Made by a program: the position numbers and the translations under genes. This document shows, one piece after another, positions 27,574-38,227 of a stretch of DNA of 64,000 nt. Position 1 is the first letter of the stretch. Every line of letters begins with the position of its first letter. This DNA comes from Escherichia coli. GTDB lineage: Bacteria; Pseudomonadota; Gammaproteobacteria; Enterobacterales; Enterobacteriaceae. The notes beneath the pieces are model-generated. The model saw only the letters and a program-made list of their open reading frames with translations, was not told the DNA's origin and did not search any database. Location of the stretch: assembly GCF_003334815.1 (NCBI RefSeq), contig NZ_QOWO01000013.1. One strand, 5' to 3'.

Positions 27574-28590
27574 GTGGACTCATTTCCTGCCATAGAGATA
27601 GATAAAGTTAAAGCCTGGGATTTTCGGCTAGCTAATATAAATACTTCTGAATGTTTAAATGTTGCCTATGGTGTCGATGCTAATTATCTTGATGGTGTAG
27701 GTGTTTCCATCACATCAATTGTCCTAAATAATCGATATATTAATCTTGATTTTTATATTATTGCTGATGTTTATAATGATGGTTTTTTTCAAAAAATTGC
27801 AAAGCTTGCAGAGCAAAACCAATTAAGAATCACGTTATATAGAATTAACACTGATAAGCTCCAGTGCTTGCCTTGTACACAGGTCTGGTCAAGAGCAATG
27901 TACTTCCGTTTATTTGCATTTCAATTATTGGGTTTAACGCTTGATCGTTTGCTTTATCTTGATGCAGATGTTGTTTGTAAAGGCGATATTAGCCAACTAT
28001 TACATCTGGGTTTAAATGGAGCGGTTGCTGCTGTTGTTAAAGATGTTGAGCCAATGCAAGAAAAGGCGGTATCCAGGTTGTCTGATCCTGAATTACTTGG
28101 GCAGTACTTTAATTCCGGTGTCGTTTATTTAGACTTAAAAAAATGGGCTGACGCAAAACTAACAGAAAAAGCGTTGTCTATTCTTATGAGTAAAGATAAT
28201 GTTTATAAATACCCTGATCAGGATGTTATGAATGTCTTACTGAAAGGGATGACATTATTTTTGCCTCGTGAGTACAATACAATTTATACAATTAAAAGTG
28301 AATTAAAAGACAAAACACATCAAAACTATAAAAAGCTGATTACAGAAAGTACTCTTCTTATTCATTATACAGGTGCAACTAAACCGTGGCACAAATGGGC
28401 AATTTATCCATCGGTAAAATACTATAAAATAGCTTTAGAAAATTCCCCCTGGAAAGATGACTCTCCACGAGATGCGAAATCAATTATTGAATTTAAAAAA
28501 AGATATAAACATCTTTTAGTGCAACATCATTATATCTCAGGAATTATAGCAGGAGTCTGTTATCTTTGCCGAAAATATTACCGTAAATAA
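27574..28590 (+). CDS. waaJ: LPS alpha-1,2-glucosyltransferase WaaJ (RfaJ, also called WaaR; GT8)
   Basis: ORF track 338 aa from GTG 27574; paralogue of preceding GT8 (LYLDADVVC). Confidence 0.86.
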   Translation: MDSFPAIEIDKVKAWDFRLANINTSECLNVAYGVDANYLDGVGVSITSIVLNNRYINLDFYIIADVYNDGFFQKIAKLAEQNQLRITLYRINTDKLQCLPCTQVWSRAMYFRLFAFQLLGLTLDRLLYLDADVVCKGDISQLLHLGLNGAVAAVVKDVEPMQEKAVSRLSDPELLGQYFNSGVVYLDLKKWADAKLTEKALSILMSKDNVYKYPDQDVMNVLLKGMTLFLPREYNTIYTIKSELKDKTHQNYKKLITESTLLIHYTGATKPWHKWAIYPSVKYYKIALENSPWKDDSPRDAKSIIEFKKRYKHLLVQHHYISGIIAGVCYLCRKYYRK

Positions 28591-28607
28591 CATTTAACTG
28601 GTTTATT

Positions 28608-29306
28608 ATGATTCAGAAGAGCAAGATCAAAGACTTGGTTGTTTTTACCGATGAAAACAATTCAAAGTACCTCAATGTATTAAATGACTTCTTGTCTTAT
28701 AATATAAATATCATCAAGGTTTTTCGTTCTATTGATGATACAAAAGTTATGCTTATTGATACCGATTACGGTAAATTGATTCTTAAGGTTTTTTCTCCGA
28801 AAGTTAAGCGTAACGAACGTTTCTTTAAGTCTCTGTTAAAAGGTGATTATTACGAACGCCTTTTTGAGCAAACCCAAAAAGTACGAAATGAAGGGTTAAA
28901 TACACTCAATGACTTTTATTTATTGGCTGAACGGAAAACCTTACGTTTTGTCCATACTTATATCATGATCATCGAGTATATTGATGGCATAGAGTTGTGT
29001 GATATGCCCGATATTGATGATGCGCTAAAAAATAAAATTCAGCAATCAATTAATGCCTTACATCAACATGGCATGGTTTCTGGCGACCCCCATCGTGGTA
29101 ACTTCATTATAAAAAATGGTGAGGTTCGAATTATCGATCTCTCCGGAAAGCGTGCTTCAGCGCAGCGTAAAGCGAAAGATCGTATTGACTTAGAGCGTCA
29201 TTACGGTATTAAAAATGAGATTAGAGATCTAGGCTATTATCTTTTAGTATATCGTAAAAAAATGCGCAATTTTATTCGGCGTTTGAAAGGGAAACCAGCG
29301 CGCTAA
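28608..29306 (+). CDS. waaY: LPS core heptose(II) kinase WaaY
   Basis: ORF track 232 aa; small kinase-like protein (HGMVSGDPHRGNFII). Confidence 0.88.
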   Translation: MIQKSKIKDLVVFTDENNSKYLNVLNDFLSYNINIIKVFRSIDDTKVMLIDTDYGKLILKVFSPKVKRNERFFKSLLKGDYYERLFEQTQKVRNEGLNTLNDFYLLAERKTLRFVHTYIMIIEYIDGIELCDMPDIDDALKNKIQQSINALHQHGMVSGDPHRGNFIIKNGEVRIIDLSGKRASAQRKAKDRIDLERHYGIKNEIRDLGYYLLVYRKKMRNFIRRLKGKPAR

Positions 29307-29376
29307 AAAAAATCCCACAATTACATGTCTTCACCAGGACAGTTTTAAGCGGAGTTATTTATTTCACAGGTTTATC

Positions 29377-30228
29377 ATGAAGAATATTAGATACATTGAC
29401 AAAAAAGATGTTGAAAACCTGATTGAAAATAAAACATCTGATGATGTTATTATTTTTCTTTCGGGCCCTACATCGCAAAAAACACCTTTGTCAGTATTAC
29501 GAACAAAGGATATTATTGCTGTCAATGGTTCTGCGCAATATCTGTTAAGTAATAATATCGTTCCTTTTATATATGTACTTACAGATGTCCGATTTTTACA
29601 TCAGCGTCGTGATGATTTTTATAAATTTAGCCAGAGAAGTCGTTATACCATAGTAAACGTTGACGTTTATGAACACGCTTCCAAAGAAGATAAACTTTAT
29701 ATCCTCCAGAACTGCCTCGTATTACGGTCCTTTTACCGTCGGGAAAAAGGTGGTTTTATAAAGAAGATTAAATTTAATATTTTGAGACAGATTCACAAAG
29801 AACTGCTGATCTCTGTACCGTTGTCTAAAAAAGGTCGTCTGGTTGGATTTTGCAAGGACATTAGTCTTGGTTATTGCTCATGCCATACTATTGCCTTTGC
29901 TGCAATTCAAATCGCATATTCACTTAAGTATGCGCGGATTATTTGTTCTGGTCTTGATTTAACGGGTAGCTGTTCTCGTTTCTATGATGAGAATAAAAAT
30001 CCCATGCCCTCGGAATTAAGTAGGGATTTATTCAAAATATTGCCATTTTTTCGTTTTATGCATGATAATGTAAAAGATATTAATATTTATAATTTATCAG
30101 ATGATACAGCTATTTCTTACGATGTAATTCCATTTATTAAACTTCAAGACATCAGTGCAGAAGAATCAAAAGATATGACAAGAAAAAAAATGCAATATAG
30201 AACTTCAACCGATTCTTATGCTAATTAA
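29377..30228 (+). CDS. waaZ: LPS core biosynthesis protein WaaZ
   Basis: ORF track 283 aa; AT-rich; K-12-type core gene order. Confidence 0.85.
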   Translation: MKNIRYIDKKDVENLIENKTSDDVIIFLSGPTSQKTPLSVLRTKDIIAVNGSAQYLLSNNIVPFIYVLTDVRFLHQRRDDFYKFSQRSRYTIVNVDVYEHASKEDKLYILQNCLVLRSFYRREKGGFIKKIKFNILRQIHKELLISVPLSKKGRLVGFCKDISLGYCSCHTIAFAAIQIAYSLKYARIICSGLDLTGSCSRFYDENKNPMPSELSRDLFKILPFFRFMHDNVKDINIYNLSDDTAISYDVIPFIKLQDISAEESKDMTRKKMQYRTSTDSYAN

Positions 30229-30260
30229 TCATCCTGAAACTAAAATAATATGGTATAAAA

Positions 30261-31334
30261 ATGCGCTTAGGAACTTTTCACAAAAAGAAAAGATTTTATA
30301 TAAACAAAATCAAGATTAATTTCCTTTCTTTTTTATTTCGTAATAAAATAAATAATCAAATTACAGATCCAGCACAAGTTAAATCATGCCTTATTATTCA
30401 TGATAATAATAAACTTGGTGATCTAATTGTATTAAGTTCGATTTATCGTGAACTTTATAGTAAAGGGGTTAAAATAACTCTTCTCACAAATAGAAAGGGT
30501 GGGGAATTTCTCTCTAATAATAAAAATATATTTGAGTTCTGTATTAAAGAATCAACCGGTTTTCTTGAAATGCTTACTCTATGTAAGCATCTGCGGGATT
30601 TACAGTTCGATATTGTATTAGACCCCTTTGAAACTATGCCCTCATTTAAGCATAGCTTAATATTATCAAGTTTAAAAGATTCTTACATTCTGGGTTTTGA
30701 TCATTGGTATAAGCGTTACTATTCATTTTACCATCCCCACGATGAATGTTTAAAAGAACATATGAGTACACGAGCAATAGAAATACTGAAGCATATTTAT
30801 GGTGAGGGTAAATTTTCCACCAACTACGACTTGCATTTACCAGTAGATGTTGAAGATAAAATAAAAGAATTTATTGGAGATACAAGAATAGTCATTATTA
30901 ATCCATTAGGTGCAAAAAAAATATGCCGTCTTACGTTTGAGCAAATAAAAGTTATATATCAAGAAGTGAAAACACACTTTGAAAATTATCGGATTATATT
31001 TACCGGGTTACCGCAAGATTTATTGACAATACCAATACTTGAAATCGAAACACTACCATTTGATGAGTTTATTTATACCGTTGCGTTGACCAAGTATAGT
31101 GATTTTGTCATTTCTGTTGATACAGCTCTTGTTCATATCGCTGCGGCTTATCATAAACCAACGCTTGCATTTTACCCTAATTCACGTACTCCGGAATATC
31201 CCTCGCATTTAATTTGGTCCCCGAATCATCATAAATCTATACAAATAGTATCCCCAACATATACGGTAAAAGATATCGATACTGAAACTTTAACTAATTC
31301 AGTAAAGAGATTAAGTTGTATAGATAAGAAGTGA
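30261..31334 (+). CDS. waaU: LPS heptosyltransferase IV WaaU (RfaK; GT9)
   Basis: ORF track 357 aa; last gene of the plus-strand waaQ operon. Confidence 0.85.
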   Translation: MRLGTFHKKKRFYINKIKINFLSFLFRNKINNQITDPAQVKSCLIIHDNNKLGDLIVLSSIYRELYSKGVKITLLTNRKGGEFLSNNKNIFEFCIKESTGFLEMLTLCKHLRDLQFDIVLDPFETMPSFKHSLILSSLKDSYILGFDHWYKRYYSFYHPHDECLKEHMSTRAIEILKHIYGEGKFSTNYDLHLPVDVEDKIKEFIGDTRIVIINPLGAKKICRLTFEQIKVIYQEVKTHFENYRIIFTGLPQDLLTIPILEIETLPFDEFIYTVALTKYSDFVISVDTALVHIAAAYHKPTLAFYPNSRTPEYPSHLIWSPNHHKSIQIVSPTYTVKDIDTETLTNSVKRLSCIDKK

Positions 31335-31351
31335 GTTTTAACTCACTTCTT
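31326..31351. terminator. perfect 11-bp inverted repeat at the convergent waaU/waaL junction (bidirectional terminator-like hairpin)
   Basis: AAGAAGTGAGT-ttta-ACTCACTTCTT; includes the waaU stop codon and ends 15 nt from the waaL stop. Confidence 0.5.
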
Positions 31352-31365
31352 AAACTTGTTTATTC

Positions 31366-32625
31366 TTAATTAATTGTATTGTTACGATTATTAATGACGA
31401 GTAAGAGGACTATAGCGGATATAATGATAATTGGAATGCTGCGTGCCCATATGATCACATCACTGAGTCCAATCCCCACAATGCCAAGCGTTAATATCAA
31501 CAAACCCAAAGCTCGTTTTTTATATGCTATATAAAATAGTGAAAAATAGAGGAAAAGTGTGGAAAAAATTCCCATCAGACCTTTCAGTGACCCTGCTTCA
31601 ATTATCTCATTATGTAGATGTACGTTAGAAAACTCCAATGCCCCTCTTAGCCTATTGTGTTCTGCAACTAACAAATTCATACTTTCAGCGCGTGACTCTG
31701 CTGATCTAAATGAAAAAGGTGACTTTATGAATATATTTAAACCAATTTCGTACATTGCCAGTCTTGCACCTAGGGAAGTAACACTATTAGCATTGGTATA
31801 ACTGTTTAAGTCATTTAATGCTTCATTATAGCGATTCTGTATTGGTTTATTAAATATAATAACAATGCTAGCTAATATAGCAATTAGTAGAACAATAGAG
31901 GAAGTGAATTTCTTGGGTGATTTATTATAATAAGCTATTAATGCAGCAACACAAATTATAGGGAACAGGAGTAGGGTTGCTCTGGTTTGTGTTAGCGCCA
32001 GAACATAAAGTACCGCGCAACTATTTAATAAAAATAAAAAAGGATGATTTTTCTTAGTATAAAGAATCGCAACGCCACTAACTATCCCTATTAGCATTGT
32101 TGAATATGCTGCTCCTGTTGCCGTTCCTACACCAAAAGAAATGCGGTCATTTTCATGAATGCTATTAATATACATTGCATATCCAGCAATTAGAAATGAC
32201 AGAGAATACAAAGTGTATAATACACTCTCTTTTTTTGATTTTAGCTGGCTAGTTAGTGTCAAGAAAACAATAAAAGAACCAAATATAAATATTTTGGCAG
32301 TATTTAAATAACTATGGTAAGTAGCACGAAATGGCGAATTATCTACTTTAAACGCAGAATACCAAATTAAATCAAGCAAGCCTATTAAAAATATAGAAAG
32401 GGGAAGAATAAGGTTTTTTATATTATAATTTTCTTGTCTGCCACGTAAAATTAGTGACAATAAGCAAACTATAGCAGTGATATTATATATTTTTATGCTG
32501 AAAGTATTATCGACGAATGCAATTATCATTGAAAAAAAACATAATATATAAGTTATTATCTCTAAAATCATTGATGATTTCAGAGTGTAAGGTTTCAATG
32601 AATGAAGTTTAAAGGATGTTAGCAT
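31366..32625 (-). CDS. waaL: O-antigen ligase WaaL
   Basis: ORF track 419 aa; polytopic membrane protein, AT-rich. Confidence 0.88.
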   Translation of the reverse strand: MLTSFKLHSLKPYTLKSSMILEIITYILCFFSMIIAFVDNTFSIKIYNITAIVCLLSLILRGRQENYNIKNLILPLSIFLIGLLDLIWYSAFKVDNSPFRATYHSYLNTAKIFIFGSFIVFLTLTSQLKSKKESVLYTLYSLSFLIAGYAMYINSIHENDRISFGVGTATGAAYSTMLIGIVSGVAILYTKKNHPFLFLLNSCAVLYVLALTQTRATLLLFPIICVAALIAYYNKSPKKFTSSIVLLIAILASIVIIFNKPIQNRYNEALNDLNSYTNANSVTSLGARLAMYEIGLNIFIKSPFSFRSAESRAESMNLLVAEHNRLRGALEFSNVHLHNEIIEAGSLKGLMGIFSTLFLYFSLFYIAYKKRALGLLILTLGIVGIGLSDVIIWARSIPIIIISAIVLLLVINNRNNTIN

Positions 32626-32634
32626 GTTTTACCT

Positions 32635-33594
32635 TTATAATGATGATAACTTTTCCAAAACTGCTTGACTGTTGAGGTTAATTAAATTTTCTCTTGGAGC
32701 CCTACATACCATCTGATTCTTCCCATACCCACCAATTAATCCCGGATCGGTTGGTCCATAAACCGTGATATTGGGTCTATCCAGTGCCGCCGTTAAATGG
32801 CTTAACCCCGTATCCACCGACACTACAAATTTAGCCCCGGCCAGCACGCGGGCAACGCCTTCCAGACTCATCTTCGGCAATACTTCAACATAAGCAAATC
32901 CTTCCGCCAGTCGTTTCGCCCGTTCTTCCTCATGCGGCGCGCCCCACGGAAGTTTAATCCGTATTCCTGAATCAGCCAGTAAACCAATCAATTCTCGCCA
33001 GTGTTCTTCCGGCCAGTGTTTATCATCACGGGTCGTCGCATGAAGAAATACGGCATATTCGCCAGCATCTGTAGGCAGGTTCGTCAGAAAATGCTGTGCG
33101 ATAGCATAATCGCCCTGGGTTTGCGGTTTGCTATAGCCCAAACTTTTGGCAAACAGTTCGCGGGTGCGTTCTACGGCGTGCTGCTGTTTTGCAATATGAT
33201 GCTTACGATTGTAAAACAGGCTGGCTAAAGGTTCGCGAGCGGTTTGCCAGTCCATGCCATGCTTTACGCCATGCGCCAGACGCGTCACCAGCGCCGCGCT
33301 TTTTACCAGCCCCTGAGCGTCGATAACTGCGTCATAGTTCTCTGCTTGTAGCGCTTCACGAAACGCTTTGCGTTCCGCTTTTATGGGGGCCGAGAACCAG
33401 GCTTTACGCCAGCGACGTATTGCCACAGGAATAACTCGCTCAACGGCAGCGTGCCAGGAAGGAATCTGTGCGAACCCTTCTTCCACCACCCAGTCAAACT
33501 TAATCCCTGGGATTGCCTGCTGGGCATCAGTGAGTGCGGGCAACGTATGGAGAACATCGCCCATCGACGATGTTTTAACGATCAAAACCCGCAT
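32635..33594 (-). CDS. waaC: LPS heptosyltransferase I WaaC (GT9)
   Basis: ORF track 319 aa MRVLIVKTSSMGDVLHTLPA... Confidence 0.94.
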   Translation of the reverse strand: MRVLIVKTSSMGDVLHTLPALTDAQQAIPGIKFDWVVEEGFAQIPSWHAAVERVIPVAIRRWRKAWFSAPIKAERKAFREALQAENYDAVIDAQGLVKSAALVTRLAHGVKHGMDWQTAREPLASLFYNRKHHIAKQQHAVERTRELFAKSLGYSKPQTQGDYAIAQHFLTNLPTDAGEYAVFLHATTRDDKHWPEEHWRELIGLLADSGIRIKLPWGAPHEEERAKRLAEGFAYVEVLPKMSLEGVARVLAGAKFVVSVDTGLSHLTAALDRPNITVYGPTDPGLIGGYGKNQMVCRAPRENLINLNSQAVLEKLSSL

Positions 33595-33597
33595 CCG

Positions 33598-34644
33598 TCA
33601 GGCTTCCTCTTGTAACAATAGCGCGTTGAGTTCTTCCAGTACGCGCTGGGGAGTAATGTCGATTAAGCTCTGGTGATAACCCTCCGCAGCGTCACCTTTA
33701 CGCACTTTGTGATAGCCGGTAATCAAACGGATCACGCGCGCTTTATGGGATAGCGGCGGTGTGAAGTCCGGGCTACTCGGACCATACAGGGCAACCAGCG
33801 GACGATTGAGCGCCGCCGCAACATGCATCAGGCCAGAATCGTTAGTGACAATGGCTTTACAGGCTGCAATCAGGATAACCGCTTGATCAAGCTGTGTTTC
33901 CCCCGCCAGGTTCCGACACCATGCCTGCTGCTCGGTATTCAAAGCGGCAAGAATCTCATTGCCCGCTTCATGATCTTTCGCCGAGCCAAACAGAACCACC
34001 TGATAACCTTCATCAATCAGCTGCTTTGCCAGCTCCGCATAGTGGTAGTGTGGCCAGCGTTTTGCCGGACCAAACTCCGCACCCGGGCAAAAACCAATCA
34101 TCGGACGTTCTGATGAAAGCGAAAATTGATTACAGGTATATGATTTTTCACCTTCGCTCACCTGCAACTGCGGCCATAACAATGGCTGCGGCAGATCTTG
34201 TGCTGTGCGCATAATGCCTTTGTCATAGGCCAGCGCTATATAGCGTTCCACCATTAGCGGCCAGGCTTCTTTATCGAGCACGCGTACATCGTTGAGTAAA
34301 CCGTAGCGCATCTCGCCGCGCCAGCCGGTGCGATGAGGAATACCCGCGAAGAAAGGCACTAATGCAGATTTGAAGGAGTTGGGTAAGACGTAGGCGCGGT
34401 CGTAGCGCTTTTCACGCAGGCTATGACCCAGTTTGCGGCGTTCGCCGATTTCCAGCGCTCCGTGACCGAGAGGCATAGGAATAGCTTCGTTAACTTCCGG
34501 CATCCGCGATAATAATGGACGGCACCATGCCGGTGCCATCACATCGATTATCGCCTGGGGATAGCGCGCCTGGAGCGTGCGATAGAGACTTTGCGACATC
34601 ATCATGTCGCCAACCCAAGACGGGCCGATCACCAGTATTTTCAT
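33598..34644 (-). CDS. waaF: LPS heptosyltransferase II WaaF (GT9)
   Basis: ORF track 348 aa MKILVIGPSWVGDMMMSQSL... Confidence 0.94.
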   Translation of the reverse strand: MKILVIGPSWVGDMMMSQSLYRTLQARYPQAIIDVMAPAWCRPLLSRMPEVNEAIPMPLGHGALEIGERRKLGHSLREKRYDRAYVLPNSFKSALVPFFAGIPHRTGWRGEMRYGLLNDVRVLDKEAWPLMVERYIALAYDKGIMRTAQDLPQPLLWPQLQVSEGEKSYTCNQFSLSSERPMIGFCPGAEFGPAKRWPHYHYAELAKQLIDEGYQVVLFGSAKDHEAGNEILAALNTEQQAWCRNLAGETQLDQAVILIAACKAIVTNDSGLMHVAAALNRPLVALYGPSSPDFTPPLSHKARVIRLITGYHKVRKGDAAEGYHQSLIDITPQRVLEELNALLLQEEA

Positions 34645-34653
34645 GCAGAGCTC

Positions 34654-35586
34654 TTATGCGTCGCGATTCAGCCAGGCCATGTATTCCGTTACACCTTCAG
34701 CAACGGTTTTGAACGGTTTGTCGTAACCCGCCGCGCGCAGATTTGTCAGATCTGCCTGAGTGAACGCCTGATAGCGGCCTTTCAGTTTATCCGGGAACGG
34801 AATGTATTCGATCTGGCCTTTCTTGTGATAAGCCAGCGTAGCATCAGCTACCGCCTGGAAGGATTCCGCACGACCAGTACCGAGATTGAAGATGCCGGAA
34901 ACGCCATTTTCCAGGAACCACAGATTCACATCAGCCACGTCGCCCACATAGACGAAGTCGCGTTTGAAGTTCTCGCTACCTTCAAACAGCTTCGGTGATT
35001 CACCGTTGTTAAGCTGGGTGTTGAGATGGAAAGCGACGCTCGCCATGCTGCCTTTATGGCCTTCACGCGGTCCATAAACGTTGAAATAACGGAAGCCAAC
35101 AATCTGCGAGTTCGCTTCAGGCAGGATTTGACGAACATATTCATCAAACAGGAATTTTGAGTAACCGTAGACGTTCAACGGTTTTTCGTACTCGCGGGAT
35201 TCAATAAAGTCGGAGGTGCGTCCGCCGTAGGTGGCTGCGGAAGAAGCGTACAGGAACGGGATTTCACGCTCCAGGCAGTAGTGCAGCAGCTCCTTGGAGT
35301 ATTGATAGTTGTTATCCATCATATACTTGCCGTCCCACTCGGTGGTGGAAGAGCACGCGCCTTCGTGGAAAATCGCTTCGACATCGCCGAACTCTTCGCC
35401 AGCCATAATCTGGATCAGGAAGTCTTCCTTATCCATATAGTCTGCGATATTCAGATCCACCAGGTTCACAAACTTGGTGCCGTCTTTCAGGTTGTCCACC
35501 ACCAGAATATCGGTGATGCCTTTATCATTCAGGGCTTTAACGATGTTGCTGCCGATAAAGCCCGCGCCGCCGGTAACGATGATCAT
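34654..35586 (-). CDS. hldD: ADP-L-glycero-D-manno-heptose 6-epimerase HldD (RfaD)
   Basis: ORF track 310 aa; Rossmann start [16 protein letters not shown]. Confidence 0.95.
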
Positions 35587-35889
35587 AACTGTAACCTTCG
35601 AATTATGGAGTCAGAGACAATCTCAGACACGAATGTCTGTAATCATACCATCACATCCGAATCCCTTCAGCCCTTTACATAGAGGTGCAAGGATGCTAAT
35701 TGCAACAAACTAGTTTGGGTTTTAGCTAGTCCTTCATGGCGGATGTTGGTTTTGCATGTGAATAGTGCTTTAGTATCAATATTCCGATGTATGATAAATA
35801 ACGGAAGCATTTGAATGGATAATATACAGTATACATTCTATTAATATTTATGATATAATTCTTTTTTTATATTAATGGTCTTATTAGTA

Positions 35890-36747
35890 ATGAAATCATC
35901 CACCACAATTATCACTGCATATTTTGACATTGGTAGAGGGGATTGGACTGCTAATAAAGGGTTCCGTGAAAAACTAGCTCGTTCAGTTGATGTTTATTTT
36001 AGTTACTTTGAGCGTCTGGCCGCACTTGAAAATGAGATGATTATTTTCACTTCTCCCGATTTGAAACCAAGGGTTGAAGCGATTCGCAACGGAAAACCAA
36101 CAACGGTTATCGTTATCGATATAAAAAAGAAATTTAGATATATCAGAAGTCGTATCGAAAAAATTCAAAAAGATGAGTCGTTTACAAATAGACTTGAGCC
36201 TCGACAATTAAAAAACCCAGAGTACTGGTCACCAGAGTATGTTTTGGTATGTAACCTTAAGGCCTATTTTGTAAATAAAGCTATCAACATGGGCTTAGTG
36301 AAAACGCCTCTTGTTGCGTGGATAGATTTTGGCTATTGCCGTAAGCCAAATGTAACTCGAGGATTGAAAATTTGGGATTTCCCATTTGATGAAAGTAAGA
36401 TGCATCTTTTCACTATAAAAAAAGGGCTTACTGTCACATCTCAACAACAGGTTTTTGATTTCATGATTGGCAATCATGTATATATTATTGGGGGCGCAAT
36501 TGTTGGTTCACAGCATAAATGGAAAGAATTCTATAAATTAGTTCTGGAAAGTCAAAAAATAACACTAAATAATAACATTGTGGACGATGACCAGGGCATT
36601 TTTGTCATGTGCTATTACAAACGCCCCGATCTCTTCAACCTAAACTATCTGGGGAGAGGAAAATGGTTCGATTTGTTTCGCTGCTTCAGGAGTAACACTT
36701 TAGGGGCAAAAATGCAGGCGCTGAGAATTTTCCTTTCAAGAAAATAG
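35890..36747 (+). CDS. htrL: HtrL/YibB-family protein (function unknown, LPS-cluster associated)
   Basis: ORF track 35875..36747; ATG 35890 gives 285 aa (MKSSTTIITAYFDIGRGDW...); upstream ATG 35875 also possible. Confidence 0.8.
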   Translation: MKSSTTIITAYFDIGRGDWTANKGFREKLARSVDVYFSYFERLAALENEMIIFTSPDLKPRVEAIRNGKPTTVIVIDIKKKFRYIRSRIEKIQKDESFTNRLEPRQLKNPEYWSPEYVLVCNLKAYFVNKAINMGLVKTPLVAWIDFGYCRKPNVTRGLKIWDFPFDESKMHLFTIKKGLTVTSQQQVFDFMIGNHVYIIGGAIVGSQHKWKEFYKLVLESQKITLNNNIVDDDQGIFVMCYYKRPDLFNLNYLGRGKWFDLFRCFRSNTLGAKMQALRIFLSRK

Positions 36748-36793
36748 GTTTCCCTCCATTAGTGGGTAGCGTTTTGATACCAACTGAGATAGG

Positions 36794-36826
36794 AAAAATG
36801 ATGCTTTGGCATCATTTTTTCTTTTT
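36794..36826 (+). terminator. intrinsic terminator downstream of htrL
   Basis: AAAAATGATGC-tttg-GCATCATTTTT hairpin running into a T-rich tract. Confidence 0.55.
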
Positions 36827-37021
36827 ATATCAATGCAGTAAAATCAATCATCATTATGCCCAGCCAAAACTGTACAGTTTTTCTACTATCTGTAGGTGTT
36901 GAGAGACATCAAGTTACACGTTATTTATCCTGAATTTTGCAGAAGTGTTAACGCGTTATCTCGTCGCGACCTATAAGTTTGGGTAATATGTGCTGGAATT
37001 TGCCCTGTCTGGAGAATCGCA

Positions 37022-38218
37022 ATGCGTGGAGAATTTTATCAGCAGTTAACCAACGATCTGGAAACCGCACGGGCGGAAGGGTTGTTTAAAGAAGAGCGCA
37101 TTATTACGTCTGCGCAGCAAGCAGATATCACTGTGGCTGATGGAAGCCACGTCATTAACTTTTGTGCCAACAACTATCTCGGGCTGGCGAATCATCCTGA
37201 TCTGATTGCGGCGGCAAAGGCGGGAATGGATTCTCACGGTTTCGGCATGGCTTCGGTGCGTTTTATTTGCGGCACTCAGGACAGCCATAAAGAGCTTGAA
37301 CAAAAACTGGCGGCCTTCCTGGGGATGGAAGATGCGATTCTCTACTCTTCCTGCTTTGATGCTAACGGTGGCCTGTTTGAAACGCTTCTGGGTGCGGAAG
37401 ACGCCATTATCTCCGACGCACTGAACCACGCGTCTATTATTGATGGTGTGCGTCTGTGCAAAGCTAAACGCTATCGCTATGCCAACAACGATATGCAGGA
37501 GCTGGAAGCACGTCTGAAAGAAGCGCGTGAAGCCGGTGCGCGTCATGTGCTGATCGCCACCGATGGTGTGTTCTCAATGGACGGCGTGATTGCCAACCTG
37601 AAGGGCGTTTGCGATCTGGCAGATAAATATGATGCCCTGGTGATGGTAGACGACTCCCACGCGGTCGGTTTTGTCGGTGAAAATGGTCGTGGTTCCCATG
37701 AATACTGCGATGTGATGGGCCGGGTCGATATTATCACCGGTACGCTTGGTAAAGCGCTGGGCGGGGCTTCTGGTGGTTATACCGCGGCGCGCAAAGAAGT
37801 GGTTGAGTGGCTGCGCCAGCGTTCTCGTCCGTACCTGTTCTCCAACTCGCTGGCACCGGCCATTGTTGCCGCGTCCATCAAAGTACTGGAGATGGTCGAA
37901 GCGGGCAGCGAACTGCGTGACCGTCTGTGGGCGAACGCGCGTCAGTTCCGTGAGCAAATGTCGGCGGCGGGCTTTACCCTGGCGGGAGCCGATCACGCCA
38001 TTATTCCGGTCATGCTTGGTGATGCGGTAGTGGCGCAGAAATTTGCCCGTGAGCTGCAAAAAGAGGGCATTTACGTTACCGGTTTCTTCTATCCGGTCGT
38101 TCCGAAAGGTCAGGCGCGTATTCGTACCCAGATGTCTGCGGCGCATACCCCTGAGCAAATTACGCGTGCAGTAGAAGCATTTACGCGTATTGGTAAACAA
38201 CTGGGCGTTATCGCCTGA
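37022..38218 (+). CDS. kbl: 2-amino-3-ketobutyrate CoA ligase (glycine C-acetyltransferase)
   Basis: ORF track 398 aa; PLP-dependent class II aminotransferase-like. Confidence 0.95.
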   Translation: MRGEFYQQLTNDLETARAEGLFKEERIITSAQQADITVADGSHVINFCANNYLGLANHPDLIAAAKAGMDSHGFGMASVRFICGTQDSHKELEQKLAAFLGMEDAILYSSCFDANGGLFETLLGAEDAIISDALNHASIIDGVRLCKAKRYRYANNDMQELEARLKEAREAGARHVLIATDGVFSMDGVIANLKGVCDLADKYDALVMVDDSHAVGFVGENGRGSHEYCDVMGRVDIITGTLGKALGGASGGYTAARKEVVEWLRQRSRPYLFSNSLAPAIVAASIKVLEMVEAGSELRDRLWANARQFREQMSAAGFTLAGADHAIIPVMLGDAVVAQKFARELQKEGIYVTGFFYPVVPKGQARIRTQMSAAHTPEQITRAVEAFTRIGKQLGVIA

Positions 38219-38227
38219 GGATGTGAG

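Noticed and set aside
24421-32630. AT-rich waa central block as a prophage or integrative island
   Set aside because: No integrase, tRNA attachment site or flanking direct repeats. The content is glycosyltransferases and kinases arranged in two operons continuous with the inner-core genes
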